Origin: Bdellovibrio sp.
GTDB taxonomy: Bacteria > Bdellovibrionota > Bacteriovoracia > Bacteriovoracales > Bacteriovoracaceae
DNA: 64,000 bases
Direction of reading: 5' to 3'
NCBI GenBank assembly: GCA_022729855.1
Contig: DZBG01000003.1
Location: forward strand, 257 to 64,256
Shown here piece by piece: positions 54,278 through 63,275 of this stretch (positions are counted from its first letter, which is position 1; the number at the start of each line of letters is the position of its first letter). The notes under the pieces were generated by a model. That model made no database searches. It saw only the letters and a list, made by a program, of their open reading frames with translations, and had not been told where the DNA came from. The position numbers and the translations under genes were made by a program.

Positions 54278-55006
54278 ATGAAAACTATTTTAGAAGTAAA
54301 AAATATGAGAAAGAGTTTTGGTGAAAAATTAGTTCACCGTGATGTTTCCTTTGCACTTTATGAAGGTGAGACTCTTGGACTTCTTGGAAACTCCGGGACA
54401 GGAAAATCAGTTCTCCTCCGCTCTTTGATTGGCATCGAGAATGCCGACAGTGGTGAGATCTATTTTAAGAATAATCGAATCGATCAATTATCAGAAGAGC
54501 AGCTTTTTAAAGTCAGAACAAAAATCTCCTATTCTTTTCAGTACAATGCCCTTTTTGATTCTGATAATGTTTTTGAAAATATCGCCTATCCTCTTTTTGA
54601 GCATACCAAATTAAGTGAAGAAGAAATTCTTCAAAAAGTAACTCAGGCACTTAAAGAAGTTAACTTATCCGGAGTGGAGTCACTTCTCCCTTCTGATTTA
54701 TCAGGTGGGATGCAAAAACGAGCTGGACTCGCCAGATCCATTATCTTGAATCCAGATATTATTCTTTATGATGAACCAACAGCTGGCCTTGATCCAATTA
54801 ATGTAGAGAACGTCTGTGATCTTATTAATAAATTTCGGGCCAAAGGAATATCATCTATCTTGTGTACTCATGATATCCCGGCGGCAAAGAAAGTTTGTGA
54901 CAGACTTATTATTCTCGATGAAGGAAAGGTTGCCTTCACTGGGACAGTGGCAGAGTTTGAGAGCTCAAATGATCCCGTAGTACAAAAATTTTTGATGAAC
55001 CATTAA
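54278..55006 (+). CDS. mlaF: MlaF-like ABC transporter ATP-binding protein
   Basis: Walker A 'GNSGTGKS', signature 'LSGGMQKR' and Walker B 'IILYDEPT'. Confidence 0.9.
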   Translation: MKTILEVKNMRKSFGEKLVHRDVSFALYEGETLGLLGNSGTGKSVLLRSLIGIENADSGEIYFKNNRIDQLSEEQLFKVRTKISYSFQYNALFDSDNVFENIAYPLFEHTKLSEEEILQKVTQALKEVNLSGVESLLPSDLSGGMQKRAGLARSIILNPDIILYDEPTAGLDPINVENVCDLINKFRAKGISSILCTHDIPAAKKVCDRLIILDEGKVAFTGTVAEFESSNDPVVQKFLMNH

Positions 55007-55016
55007 GGAAATAGAA

Positions 55017-55844
55017 ATGAGAAAAAGAGATCAAAAAAATCTTATTAAGGTCGGCATATTTTTAAGTGCCTTAACTTTTATCATGATGGTCATGGTGGTT
55101 CTGATTGGAAAAGAAACATCATTCTTCATCCCAAAGGTAGATCTTTATGCTGAAGTAAAGTCTGTGGCCAATCTGAAACCGGGTGCCTATGTGGAGCTTC
55201 GTGGGATCAGAGTGGGATCAGTCACTAATATTGATATTATTTCAGATGAAGAGATCGGAATAACGATTCGTATTACAGAAACGCATTTGAAATGGATTAA
55301 AAAAGATAGTCGTATCAGTATCGCCACAGCAGGTCTACTTGGAGATAAGTTTTTAGAGATTCTTGGTGGATCAAAAGATGCTCCAGAGTTCAACCCTCTG
55401 ACTGACAAACTTCTCTCTGAAGAACAAATGGATTTTAAAAAGATCGTGATTCGTGGTGAAAGTATTGCGGCCAAAGTAGAGAGAATTTTAGATAAAGTTG
55501 ATACTGTTCTCGTCAATATGGAGGATGGTAAAAATTTAGTCGCCACCATTAATTCACTTCATAAAACGAGTTTAAATTTCGAAAAGATTTCTGGAGAATT
55601 GGCCAAAGCTCCTATTATCGAAAGTTTTAGCAAAATGGATAAGGCGATGTCTCGCATTGATGGAATTGTTTCTCGAGTAGAAGCAGGGCCCGGAACGGTG
55701 CACTCCCTTATTTATGATGACGGTCTTCATGATGATCTTCGTGCTCTTCTCGGTGGAGCAGAAAGAAATAAAGTTATTAAATACTTTATCCGCCAATCAA
55801 TTGAGCAGTCAGAGCGGAAGAAAACGAATCCCTACAGCAAGTAA
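55017..55844 (+). CDS. mlaD: MlaD-like MCE-domain protein
   Basis: 275-aa ORF. N-terminal TM and MCE core 'LKPGAYVELRGIRVGSVTNI...ISIATAGLLGDKFLEI'. Confidence 0.8.
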   Translation: MRKRDQKNLIKVGIFLSALTFIMMVMVVLIGKETSFFIPKVDLYAEVKSVANLKPGAYVELRGIRVGSVTNIDIISDEEIGITIRITETHLKWIKKDSRISIATAGLLGDKFLEILGGSKDAPEFNPLTDKLLSEEQMDFKKIVIRGESIAAKVERILDKVDTVLVNMEDGKNLVATINSLHKTSLNFEKISGELAKAPIIESFSKMDKAMSRIDGIVSRVEAGPGTVHSLIYDDGLHDDLRALLGGAERNKVIKYFIRQSIEQSERKKTNPYSK

Positions 55845-55895
55845 GGCAAGCATGGCGGCACTTACCCAAATTACAGGATGAATCACTCGGTTCAT
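55809..55895 (-). CDS. Candidate 28-aa hydrophobic small protein (not in the ORF track)
   Basis: Hand translation gives MNRVIHPVIWVSAAMLALLAVGIRFLPL*. AAGGAG lies 5 nt upstream of the ATG. The ORF overlaps the mlaD 3' end by 36 nt on the opposite strand. Confidence 0.3.
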   Translation of the reverse strand: MNRVIHPVIWVSAAMLALLAVGIRFLPL

Positions 55896-56068
55896 ATAAA
55901 CTCCTTACTTATAAGAGTTAAAACCCAATATTCATTCTCGTCAAAGGTGCTTTTTGACACTCGGACAATTGTGTTTACAGAAGTAAGAAAGAAGTTTTTT
56001 GGGATGATTTCGAAATGATTCTTACAAGAAGAGGTAGTGCCTGAAAGACACTACCCTTTAATAACTGA

Positions 56069-57577
56069 CTAAGCTTCTAGATTTTTCTTTTTCATTTTTT
56101 CAATGAGAGTCGTTCTGTTTAAGGCCAAAAGCTTTGAAGCTTGATTCTTATTTCCTTTAGTGCGACTCATCGCTTGGATAATAAGTGAGTCCTCAATATC
56201 AGAAAGAACCTGTTTAAGATCGACACCCACTTCAGGCAATTCAAAAATAGTTTTATAAGTTTGAGTCGCAAGTGGATTTGATCTGAAAATTTTTGCAGGA
56301 AGATCTTCTGGAAGAATTTCATTTCCACCACGAAGGATAACCAAGCGTTCAATAACATTTTCAAGTTCACGAACATTTCCTGGCCAGTCGTACCCAAGAA
56401 TTAAATCAAGAGCAAGGGGTGAGAAACTAATTTCGTTACTTCTATCAGCTGAGACAAATCTATCTAAGAAATGGCTGATCATTAATGGAATATCTTCACG
56501 ACGCTCTTTGAGTGCCGGCATTTTTATAGGAATAACATTAAGGCGGTAATAGAGGTCTTCTCTGAACTTCCCTTCTTGAACTGATTTATCAAGATCACGG
56601 TGGGTGGCACAGATAACACGCGTATCTATTTTAACTGGTTCACTTGATCCCACGAGCTCAATCGAGCGCTCTTGAAGAACACGTAGAAGTTTTACTTGAA
56701 GAAGAAGTGGCATATCACCAATTTCATCTAAAAAGATTGTTCCCTGTTCGGCCATCTCGAATCGACCTTTGCGATTTGAAATAGCACCTGTAAAAGCACC
56801 TTTCACATGTCCAAAAAGTTCACTTTCAAGAAGATCACCAGGAATTGCACCACAGTTTACAGAAATACGATTTTTACTTGAGCGGTTTGAAAGACGGTGA
56901 ATAGCAGAAGCTACTAATTCTTTCCCTGTTCCCGAAGGACCAGTGATAAGAATTGTCGAGTCAGTACGAGAAACCTTCTCAATACGCTCAAAAACATCCT
57001 TCATCAGCTTTGATCTTCCAACCATACCGTGAAACATGTCTTCAACAGTTGGACGCTCTAATTTGATTTTAGAAGGTAATCTCGACTTTGGTTTATCCGA
57101 AAATAAACTTTCAGTATTTAAAGCATCATCAGAGAAGCGTTGTTTGTATTTGTTTTGGAGGGCCTGAATCACTAAGCGCTTTAAAAAATCTAGCTCAAAT
57201 GGCTTAGTGAGGTATTGAAACACACCTTTCTTAGTCGCCGCAATGGCAGTTTCTACAGAAGCAAAACCCGTCATCACGATTGAAACAAAATCAAAGCCTT
57301 TATCTTTTAAGATATCAATTAAGAGAAGCCCATCCGAGCCTTGTCCAAGAGAAATATCCGAAATTAAGCAAAATGGTTGATCAGGTTCATGATTTTTAGC
57401 GAACTCCATTAAACAGTCTTCTGCCGTTGAATAGAGATGAGTCTCGGCCTTCAATACTTGCTCAAGATACTTCTTGATACTAAGCCCTAAAAGTTTGTCG
57501 TCTTCGACAATAACTATCGGGGGTAAGTCAGTTTGCGTCTGCTCATAATTAGAGTGGAGAAAGTTCATATCGTTCAT
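56069..57577 (-). CDS. NtrC-family sigma-54-dependent response regulator
   Basis: 502-aa ORF. Receiver ('VEDD', 'ISDISL', 'TKPF'). AAA+ core 'GPSGTGKE', 'GAFTGA', 'IFLDEIGDM', 'REDLYYRL' and '[10 protein letters not shown]'. C-terminal Fis-type HTH. No adjacent histidine kinase. Confidence 0.9.
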   Translation of the reverse strand: MNDMNFLHSNYEQTQTDLPPIVIVEDDKLLGLSIKKYLEQVLKAETHLYSTAEDCLMEFAKNHEPDQPFCLISDISLGQGSDGLLLIDILKDKGFDFVSIVMTGFASVETAIAATKKGVFQYLTKPFELDFLKRLVIQALQNKYKQRFSDDALNTESLFSDKPKSRLPSKIKLERPTVEDMFHGMVGRSKLMKDVFERIEKVSRTDSTILITGPSGTGKELVASAIHRLSNRSSKNRISVNCGAIPGDLLESELFGHVKGAFTGAISNRKGRFEMAEQGTIFLDEIGDMPLLLQVKLLRVLQERSIELVGSSEPVKIDTRVICATHRDLDKSVQEGKFREDLYYRLNVIPIKMPALKERREDIPLMISHFLDRFVSADRSNEISFSPLALDLILGYDWPGNVRELENVIERLVILRGGNEILPEDLPAKIFRSNPLATQTYKTIFELPEVGVDLKQVLSDIEDSLIIQAMSRTKGNKNQASKLLALNRTTLIEKMKKKNLEA

Positions 57578-57696
57578 GTGGGCCTCCGAACATCAAATTT
57601 ACCTTTACCCGAGTTCAGGTGTCAATTTTCAGACCCTGACGAATTCAAGCAAAATCAGATAGTTGATTGGGGGGTGTCAAAAATATCGGAGTTTAT

Positions 57697-57933
57697 TTAG
57701 TCATTCGCGTAGTTACGCTGCCATTTAATGATGGTGTGAACTGACTTTTCAGGCCCACCGGCCCAAATATAGAAACAATTACAGAAGGCCCCAAAGAGGA
57801 GGAGCATGACACAGAAAGTGACCGTAGCTTTTTTCTTTTTGAGCCAAAATAGATAACCGAACTCAGCACCCAAGATCATAATTGGAGTGGCCCAGAATGG
57901 AGTATGTCGGACGATAAAATAAAATTCGGTCAT
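57697..57933 (-). CDS. Small membrane protein of unknown function
   Basis: 78-aa ORF with 2-3 hydrophobic segments. Confidence 0.45.
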   Translation of the reverse strand: MTEFYFIVRHTPFWATPIMILGAEFGYLFWLKKKKATVTFCVMLLLFGAFCNCFYIWAGGPEKSVHTIIKWQRNYAND

Positions 57934-57973
57934 GTCTTAATTGTATCGGATTATTTAGTGAAAACTAGACAGG

Positions 57974-58000
57974 AAAAAAAAAGGCCCTCCGAAGAGGGCC
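57974..58000 (-). terminator. Rho-independent terminator of metK
   Basis: Minus strand reads GGCCCTC-TTCG-GAGGGCC followed by nine T, 10 nt after the metK stop. Confidence 0.85.
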
Positions 58001-58009
58001 CTATAAAGA

Positions 58010-59173
58010 CTAGAACATAGATTTAAGTTTCTCGGCCATATCAGTCTTCTCCCAGCTAAACCCATCAGCAGAAGTACGTCCAAAGTGTCCGTAGGCTGCA
58101 GTCTGAGAGTAGATTGGTCTAAGAAGATCAAGGCGCTGAATGATCGCCTTAGGTCTCATATCAAAAAGCTCATTTACAGCAGCTTGAAGTTTAAGTTCAT
58201 CAACTTTAGATGTTCCAAATGTATTCACAAGAAGTGACATTGGCTTAGCAACACCAATTGCGTAGGCAACTTGAACGAGAGCTCTTTCAGCAAGTCCAGC
58301 AGCGACTACGTTTTTAGCAATGTGACGAGCAGCATAGGCAGCTGAACGATCTACTTTTGAAGGATCTTTTCCAGAGAATGCTCCACCACCGTGAGCTCCG
58401 TGACCACCGTATGTATCAACGATGATTTTACGTCCTGTAAGACCACAATCTCCCATTGGCCCACCGATCACAAAGCGACCAGTTGGATTAATGAAATATT
58501 TTGTATTCTTATCGATAAGATCAGCTGGAACAGTTTTCTTAATAACTTCTTCCATGATCGCTTCTTCAATTTGCTTTTGAGTAAGTTCTTCAGCATGTTG
58601 AGTAGAAACTACAATGGCATCAATACGAGAAAGTTTCCCGTTTTTGTATTCTGCAGTTACTTGAGTTTTACCATCAGCACGAAGAAGTGGAAGAGTTCCA
58701 TTTTTTCTGATTTCAGATAAACGGAAAGCAAGTTTATGAGAAAGATCAATTGTCATAGGCATAAGAGATTCAGTTTCATTGATCGCGTATCCGAACATAA
58801 GACCTTGGTCTCCTGCTCCCATATCAAGAAATTTTCCTTCGCCTTCGTTTACACCAACTGCGATATCTTGAGATTGTTTTCCAAGAGCGATTGTCACACC
58901 ACAAGTTGTAGCATCAAAACCTTTATCAGAATGGTCGTAACCGATTTTTTTAATTGTTTCACGAACAGTAGAATTAATATCAACATTTGCCCCAGTCGTT
59001 ACTTCACCAGCAACAACAACAAGACCAGTTGTAATAAGAGTTTCACAGGCCACACGTGACTTAGGATCTTGCGCTAACATAGCATCAAGAATCGCGTCCG
59101 AAATTTGATCTGCGATCTTATCCGGATGTCCTTCAGTTACAGACTCAGAAGTAAACAAGTAATCATTCAACAT
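58010..59173 (-). CDS. metK: S-adenosylmethionine synthetase
   Basis: 387-aa ORF. '[13 protein letters not shown]', '[12 protein letters not shown]' and '[16 protein letters not shown]' motifs. Confidence 0.95.
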   Translation of the reverse strand: MLNDYLFTSESVTEGHPDKIADQISDAILDAMLAQDPKSRVACETLITTGLVVVAGEVTTGANVDINSTVRETIKKIGYDHSDKGFDATTCGVTIALGKQSQDIAVGVNEGEGKFLDMGAGDQGLMFGYAINETESLMPMTIDLSHKLAFRLSEIRKNGTLPLLRADGKTQVTAEYKNGKLSRIDAIVVSTQHAEELTQKQIEEAIMEEVIKKTVPADLIDKNTKYFINPTGRFVIGGPMGDCGLTGRKIIVDTYGGHGAHGGGAFSGKDPSKVDRSAAYAARHIAKNVVAAGLAERALVQVAYAIGVAKPMSLLVNTFGTSKVDELKLQAAVNELFDMRPKAIIQRLDLLRPIYSQTAAYGHFGRTSADGFSWEKTDMAEKLKSMF

Positions 59174-59185
59174 AGTTAGCTCCTT

Positions 59186-59254
59186 AAAAAAGCATGGCGG
59201 TATATGTATTTTGTCTAAACAAATAATAAACTAGTCGGCGAGTTATACACCGCC
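59186..59254 (-). promoter_or_regulatory. Structured metK 5' leader (candidate riboswitch/attenuator)
   Basis: On the minus strand GGCGGTGTAT (59254..59245) can pair with ATATACCGCC (59205..59196), 10 bp including one G:U. The stem encloses about 40 nt and is followed by ATGC-TTTTTT and the AAGGAG SD. An alternative local hairpin GGCG...CGCC competes with it. Confidence 0.35.
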
Positions 59255-59294
59255 TAACACACACAAGCAATAAGGATTTTCTAAAAGGTGCCAG

Positions 59295-60971
59295 CTACCT
59301 TTTGGTAAAATAGCGGAAAAGATGAGGGTTACGATAATTATAGAAAATTTGTTGTCCATCCACCTCTTGGACTGCGTAAGTTTGATCGTTTAATTTCAAA
59401 ACCTGATAAGTTGAACCTGTAGGATCAATAAAAGAGTAAAGATATAAATAGTTTCCGTTTTTAAAATCATTACGAAGGTGATTCTGATCCTTGGCCAAAA
59501 GCCCGGCACGCTCAGGATAAGGAGCATAATCATCCCAAATCGTTTCCATATGAATTCTTCCCACCATACTCGCACGAGAAAAATAACGAGTGGGAGTGAA
59601 ATTACCTGGCTCATCTTTTAAGGCCCGTAGAGCGATCTCAATATTCTCATCACGCAAACGATTGGCCGAAGGAGCACGGTCTGGGCAGAAGATATTCACA
59701 ACACCTGGAATATAATAGTATGTAAACGAGAACTCACCTTGTTTAAAAAGTGCGTTCAGCCACTTCCCTTCTTTGATATCTTTTTTTGAAATATATTTCA
59801 TGAGGTAAGGATAAATGAACTCAGACTCTTTAATTCTAAGATACTTATCTTTATCAAGTCTGTTCATCACAACTTTACTCACGTCTATTCTTTCAAGGGC
59901 ATCTCTACCATCCACGGGCCCCACTTCATTGAGAAGAATTGTTTCAAGCACGTAGACAGCTTTAAGAAGATCACTTTTTTTATCCCAATAGCTATAAACC
60001 TGAGCTTCTTTTTCATAAACAAAATCTTTTAAGGCTTCAGCAGCCTTCATATAATTTTGAATAAGCTCATGACTCTTTTTTGCGTTTTCAGGCTTGATCA
60101 ATGAAGCGTAAAAATCATAACCTTCTTGAGTTCTTTTCTCCCACTCTGAAAATCTATCTACGATTCGTTTCTGGCCTTTATTGATCTCGGAATCAATTTT
60201 ATCTAAGACAAAATCCAAATCATAGCGAGCATCTTCAGTGAGAAAGAATCCATGTTCACGTAATTCAAAATAAACTGTATCAAGAGTTGTTCTTAAATAT
60301 AAATCCGGAGATGTATGATCTTTATCATAGGCACCATCTTCATGAATCTTTCGATAGAAGAATGCATAGTTCGCTTTTTTCTTATCTTCTGGAACGGTAC
60401 TGTCACGGTAAACATCATTAATCTTTCTATTCTTAAGATGGTCCATGGGAAATTTGTAATTCGTTAAGAACACATACTTTGTCGTGAGCTTTTCGTATTC
60501 ATTTTTAAGCGAAGTAATAAGCTTCAATGATTCAGTACGAGATTTTTTCTTCAAAGCTTCATCTGAAGACAATTCATTCTTCTTTAAATTCAAAAGATCT
60601 CTTTGAATTTTTCGAAGTTTATCGGTCCCAGTCTTCTTGGGCCATTTCATCTTAGCAGTTCTTATTTTCTGCTCTTTAATCCAAACTAATTTTTGTTCAA
60701 TCTCAGGTAAGAGATCTTTGATAGTTGTGACGTCAATTTCACCACCGTATTCAGGAATCCAATACCCAGTTCCACGATAAGCCTTAAGTTTATCCTGAAA
60801 CTTTTTCTCATCAGTCTTACTACACATCTGAGTACGAAATTTTTTATACTCTTTAAGATAATCCGCTTTATGAGACGCAAGATCACCTGTCCACTTAATA
60901 GAAGTAGCACAAGAGACCGTAGACAATGAAAGTAGAATTAAACTAATTGTACTTTTGTAATTCATTAACAA
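59295..60971 (-). CDS. Lipoprotein with possible C-terminal SleB/CwlJ-like (Hydrolase_2) cell-wall hydrolase region
   Basis: 558-aa ORF. Lipobox-like 'LSLSTVSC'. 'SKVVMNRLDKDKYLR...ALFKQGEFSF' resembles the 'VvlNRv...QFS' pattern of SleB-type hydrolases; this is a weak, by-eye match. Confidence 0.55.
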   Translation of the reverse strand: MLMNYKSTISLILLSLSTVSCATSIKWTGDLASHKADYLKEYKKFRTQMCSKTDEKKFQDKLKAYRGTGYWIPEYGGEIDVTTIKDLLPEIEQKLVWIKEQKIRTAKMKWPKKTGTDKLRKIQRDLLNLKKNELSSDEALKKKSRTESLKLITSLKNEYEKLTTKYVFLTNYKFPMDHLKNRKINDVYRDSTVPEDKKKANYAFFYRKIHEDGAYDKDHTSPDLYLRTTLDTVYFELREHGFFLTEDARYDLDFVLDKIDSEINKGQKRIVDRFSEWEKRTQEGYDFYASLIKPENAKKSHELIQNYMKAAEALKDFVYEKEAQVYSYWDKKSDLLKAVYVLETILLNEVGPVDGRDALERIDVSKVVMNRLDKDKYLRIKESEFIYPYLMKYISKKDIKEGKWLNALFKQGEFSFTYYYIPGVVNIFCPDRAPSANRLRDENIEIALRALKDEPGNFTPTRYFSRASMVGRIHMETIWDDYAPYPERAGLLAKDQNHLRNDFKNGNYLYLYSFIDPTGSTYQVLKLNDQTYAVQEVDGQQIFYNYRNPHLFRYFTKR

Positions 60972-62397
60972 AGCTTGATTCCCATAAACCTAAACAGGTT
61001 CTATTACTCAGGATTAAAAGAACGGCATTGGGTTCTGCCATTTCATCAATAGTTGATCTCAAAGTCTCTAAACTTAAGACACATTTTGCAGGGATATTCT
61101 TATTCGCAATCTCAGTCGTTAAAAGTTCGCTATCAAGATCTGTCCCACCAAGAGCAGTTGTTGGAAGTGCAGCCTTGGCAATAATCACTTTGTCTGAGAG
61201 GGCCAAAGAATCTCTGAATTCATTTTGAAAAAAAGATGACCTTGCAGTTGCTGAAATAGGTTCAAAAACTGTGATGATCTTTCTCCCTTTAAAGCGAGAA
61301 CGAATAGCATCTAGAGTGACAGTAATAGCACGAGGGTGGTGAGCGAAATCATCTACCACAACCATATCTTTATATTTTCCACGAATTTCTTGACGACGTT
61401 TTACCATTTCTAAATTGATTGATGCTTTTTGAACTTCTTCGACAGAGAATCCCTCAGAGAGAAGAAAGATCACACAAGAGGTAAGATTTAAGACATTATG
61501 ATTTCCAACCACATTGGTTTGAATATCAACCATCTCTCCTTTCCACTTCACTTTAAATTTAGATCCATTTTCAAATGTCTCCACCTGATGCGGCCCCATT
61601 TCAGACTTGTCTCCATATAAGAACCACTCCTGAGAGACCGTTTTTCCTTTATATTCGTGATAGAGCTTCATGGCAGAAGTGTATTCTTGATTGAAAATCA
61701 TTTTTGATTTGATCGAGGGGATAATCGCCTTAAACTCATCTTCGATTTTCTCTACAGAATCAAAAATGTCTGCATGATCAAATTCAAGCGAAGTAAGAAT
61801 CATATTTTTTAATTCATAAAGTCTGAACTTCGAGATTTTATGAAAATAAGCTGAATCATATTCATCAGACTCAATCACAAAATATTTGTCACCCAGCTTT
61901 GATGGCTCACGCCCCTCAATAATTCCTCCTACGAGGTAACCAGGATTTTGACCTAAATTTTCTAAAAGTTTAGTCATGAAAAAAGTTGTCGTAGTCTTGC
62001 CATGAGTTCCTGCAATTCCGACAACATTTTTATCTTTTAAAACAAGTGAGCCTAAGGCAGATGGAAATGATGTAAAGGGCACACCTGTTTTTTCAATCAT
62101 ACGTGCAGCTTCTGCTTTTCCAGAAACTGAATTTCCTACAACGATGAGATCATATTTTTGTAAGAACTCAGGAGTCACTTGATCTAGTTTAAAAAGTGGA
62201 ATGCCTGTGGTTTCAAGAAATGTACTCATCGGAGGATAGAAAGCAGAATCTGCTCCTTCTACATCAAAGCCTGCTTGTTTCACAAGAACAGCAGCGGGCC
62301 CCATTCCTGCTCCGCAGATTCGATAGAAAAAAACTTTTTTAATCTTATCACGACGAGCAATGAGATTTTCTTGAGAGATGAGGTTTGTTAAATCCAT
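60943..62397 (-). CDS. mpl: UDP-N-acetylmuramate:L-alanyl-gamma-D-glutamyl-meso-DAP ligase (murein peptide ligase)
   Basis: 484-aa Mur-ligase ORF. 'ICGAGMGPAAVLVKQAGFDVEGADSAFYPPMSTFLE' (YPPMST is characteristic of Mpl rather than MurC) and 'GTHGKTTTT' P-loop. Confidence 0.85.
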   Translation of the reverse strand: MDLTNLISQENLIARRDKIKKVFFYRICGAGMGPAAVLVKQAGFDVEGADSAFYPPMSTFLETTGIPLFKLDQVTPEFLQKYDLIVVGNSVSGKAEAARMIEKTGVPFTSFPSALGSLVLKDKNVVGIAGTHGKTTTTFFMTKLLENLGQNPGYLVGGIIEGREPSKLGDKYFVIESDEYDSAYFHKISKFRLYELKNMILTSLEFDHADIFDSVEKIEDEFKAIIPSIKSKMIFNQEYTSAMKLYHEYKGKTVSQEWFLYGDKSEMGPHQVETFENGSKFKVKWKGEMVDIQTNVVGNHNVLNLTSCVIFLLSEGFSVEEVQKASINLEMVKRRQEIRGKYKDMVVVDDFAHHPRAITVTLDAIRSRFKGRKIITVFEPISATARSSFFQNEFRDSLALSDKVIIAKAALPTTALGGTDLDSELLTTEIANKNIPAKCVLSLETLRSTIDEMAEPNAVLLILSNRTCLGLWESSFVNELQKYN

Positions 62398-62474
62398 GAA
62401 ACTATCCTTATAAACAATTTGCCTTCTATTCTAGCAAACTCTTTGGATAGATACGATAAGAGAAATTAACCGAA

Positions 62475-63239
62475 CTAAATGCTCAAGTTCTTCCGTGTCT
62501 GACAATAACGAATCAATCTTGCAGCGATACTTTTGACTGTTTCTGCATAATCACTTTTAAATTGTGGTTTCCAGTACGATTCGTCCTGAGGACAAAAGGC
62601 AAACTCAGGAATGATATGATTAAGCTTAGTTGTACCAATAACTTTTTCAGCCACTGTTTCGGCCCAAGAAGCACTCAGACGTCCCGCTTGATACTCTTTC
62701 AGGGCTATATCAAAATTAGTAAAAAAGATTTGTGAAGACTTAGGAAGCGAGCGGTTCTTTACTGGTCTAATATAAGTTGCCAGAACTCTTTCCGGGTAAT
62801 GAGTCACGAAATAATCATAAACTTCTGGGTCTTGTCCAACATCGTCGCCCATAAAGATAAAATCATCAGTATTTTTCTTCATTACCTCTTCAATCATGCG
62901 AATTTTATAAGTGAGTTTATCTTCTTTAATTAAATAGTTTTTTAAAATAATAGATGTATAAGCAATTTGTCTTTTCTTTAAAGTCGTTTGAATTTTAAGT
63001 CTCAAAACAGTTGGTGAAGCTGAAAGAATATGTTGTTCATTAGTGTAGCTCTCCATCCCCATCCAAAGCTCAGTCATCCCCACAAAGACATCTGATCTAA
63101 AGGCGGCATTAATAGCACCATCAATCTCGTCACCAGAGTTTGTAATTTTAATAGTGTCATCTAAATCACTAATAATTGTGATTCCCGCCCAAGATGAAAG
63201 AGAGAAGAAAACAAGAAGGCTAAAAAGAAGTTTTTTCAT
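62475..63239 (-). CDS. App1-like (DUF2183) phosphatidate phosphatase family protein with signal peptide
   Basis: 254-aa ORF. 'ISDLDDTIK' (DxDxT) and 'GDDVGQDPEVY' motifs. N-terminus 'MKKLLFSLLVFFSLSSWA'. Confidence 0.65.
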   Translation of the reverse strand: MKKLLFSLLVFFSLSSWAGITIISDLDDTIKITNSGDEIDGAINAAFRSDVFVGMTELWMGMESYTNEQHILSASPTVLRLKIQTTLKKRQIAYTSIILKNYLIKEDKLTYKIRMIEEVMKKNTDDFIFMGDDVGQDPEVYDYFVTHYPERVLATYIRPVKNRSLPKSSQIFFTNFDIALKEYQAGRLSASWAETVAEKVIGTTKLNHIIPEFAFCPQDESYWKPQFKSDYAETVKSIAARLIRYCQTRKNLSI

Positions 63240-63275
63240 TCCTAAATGCTAGAAAAAAAAAGACCAGATGAAAAG

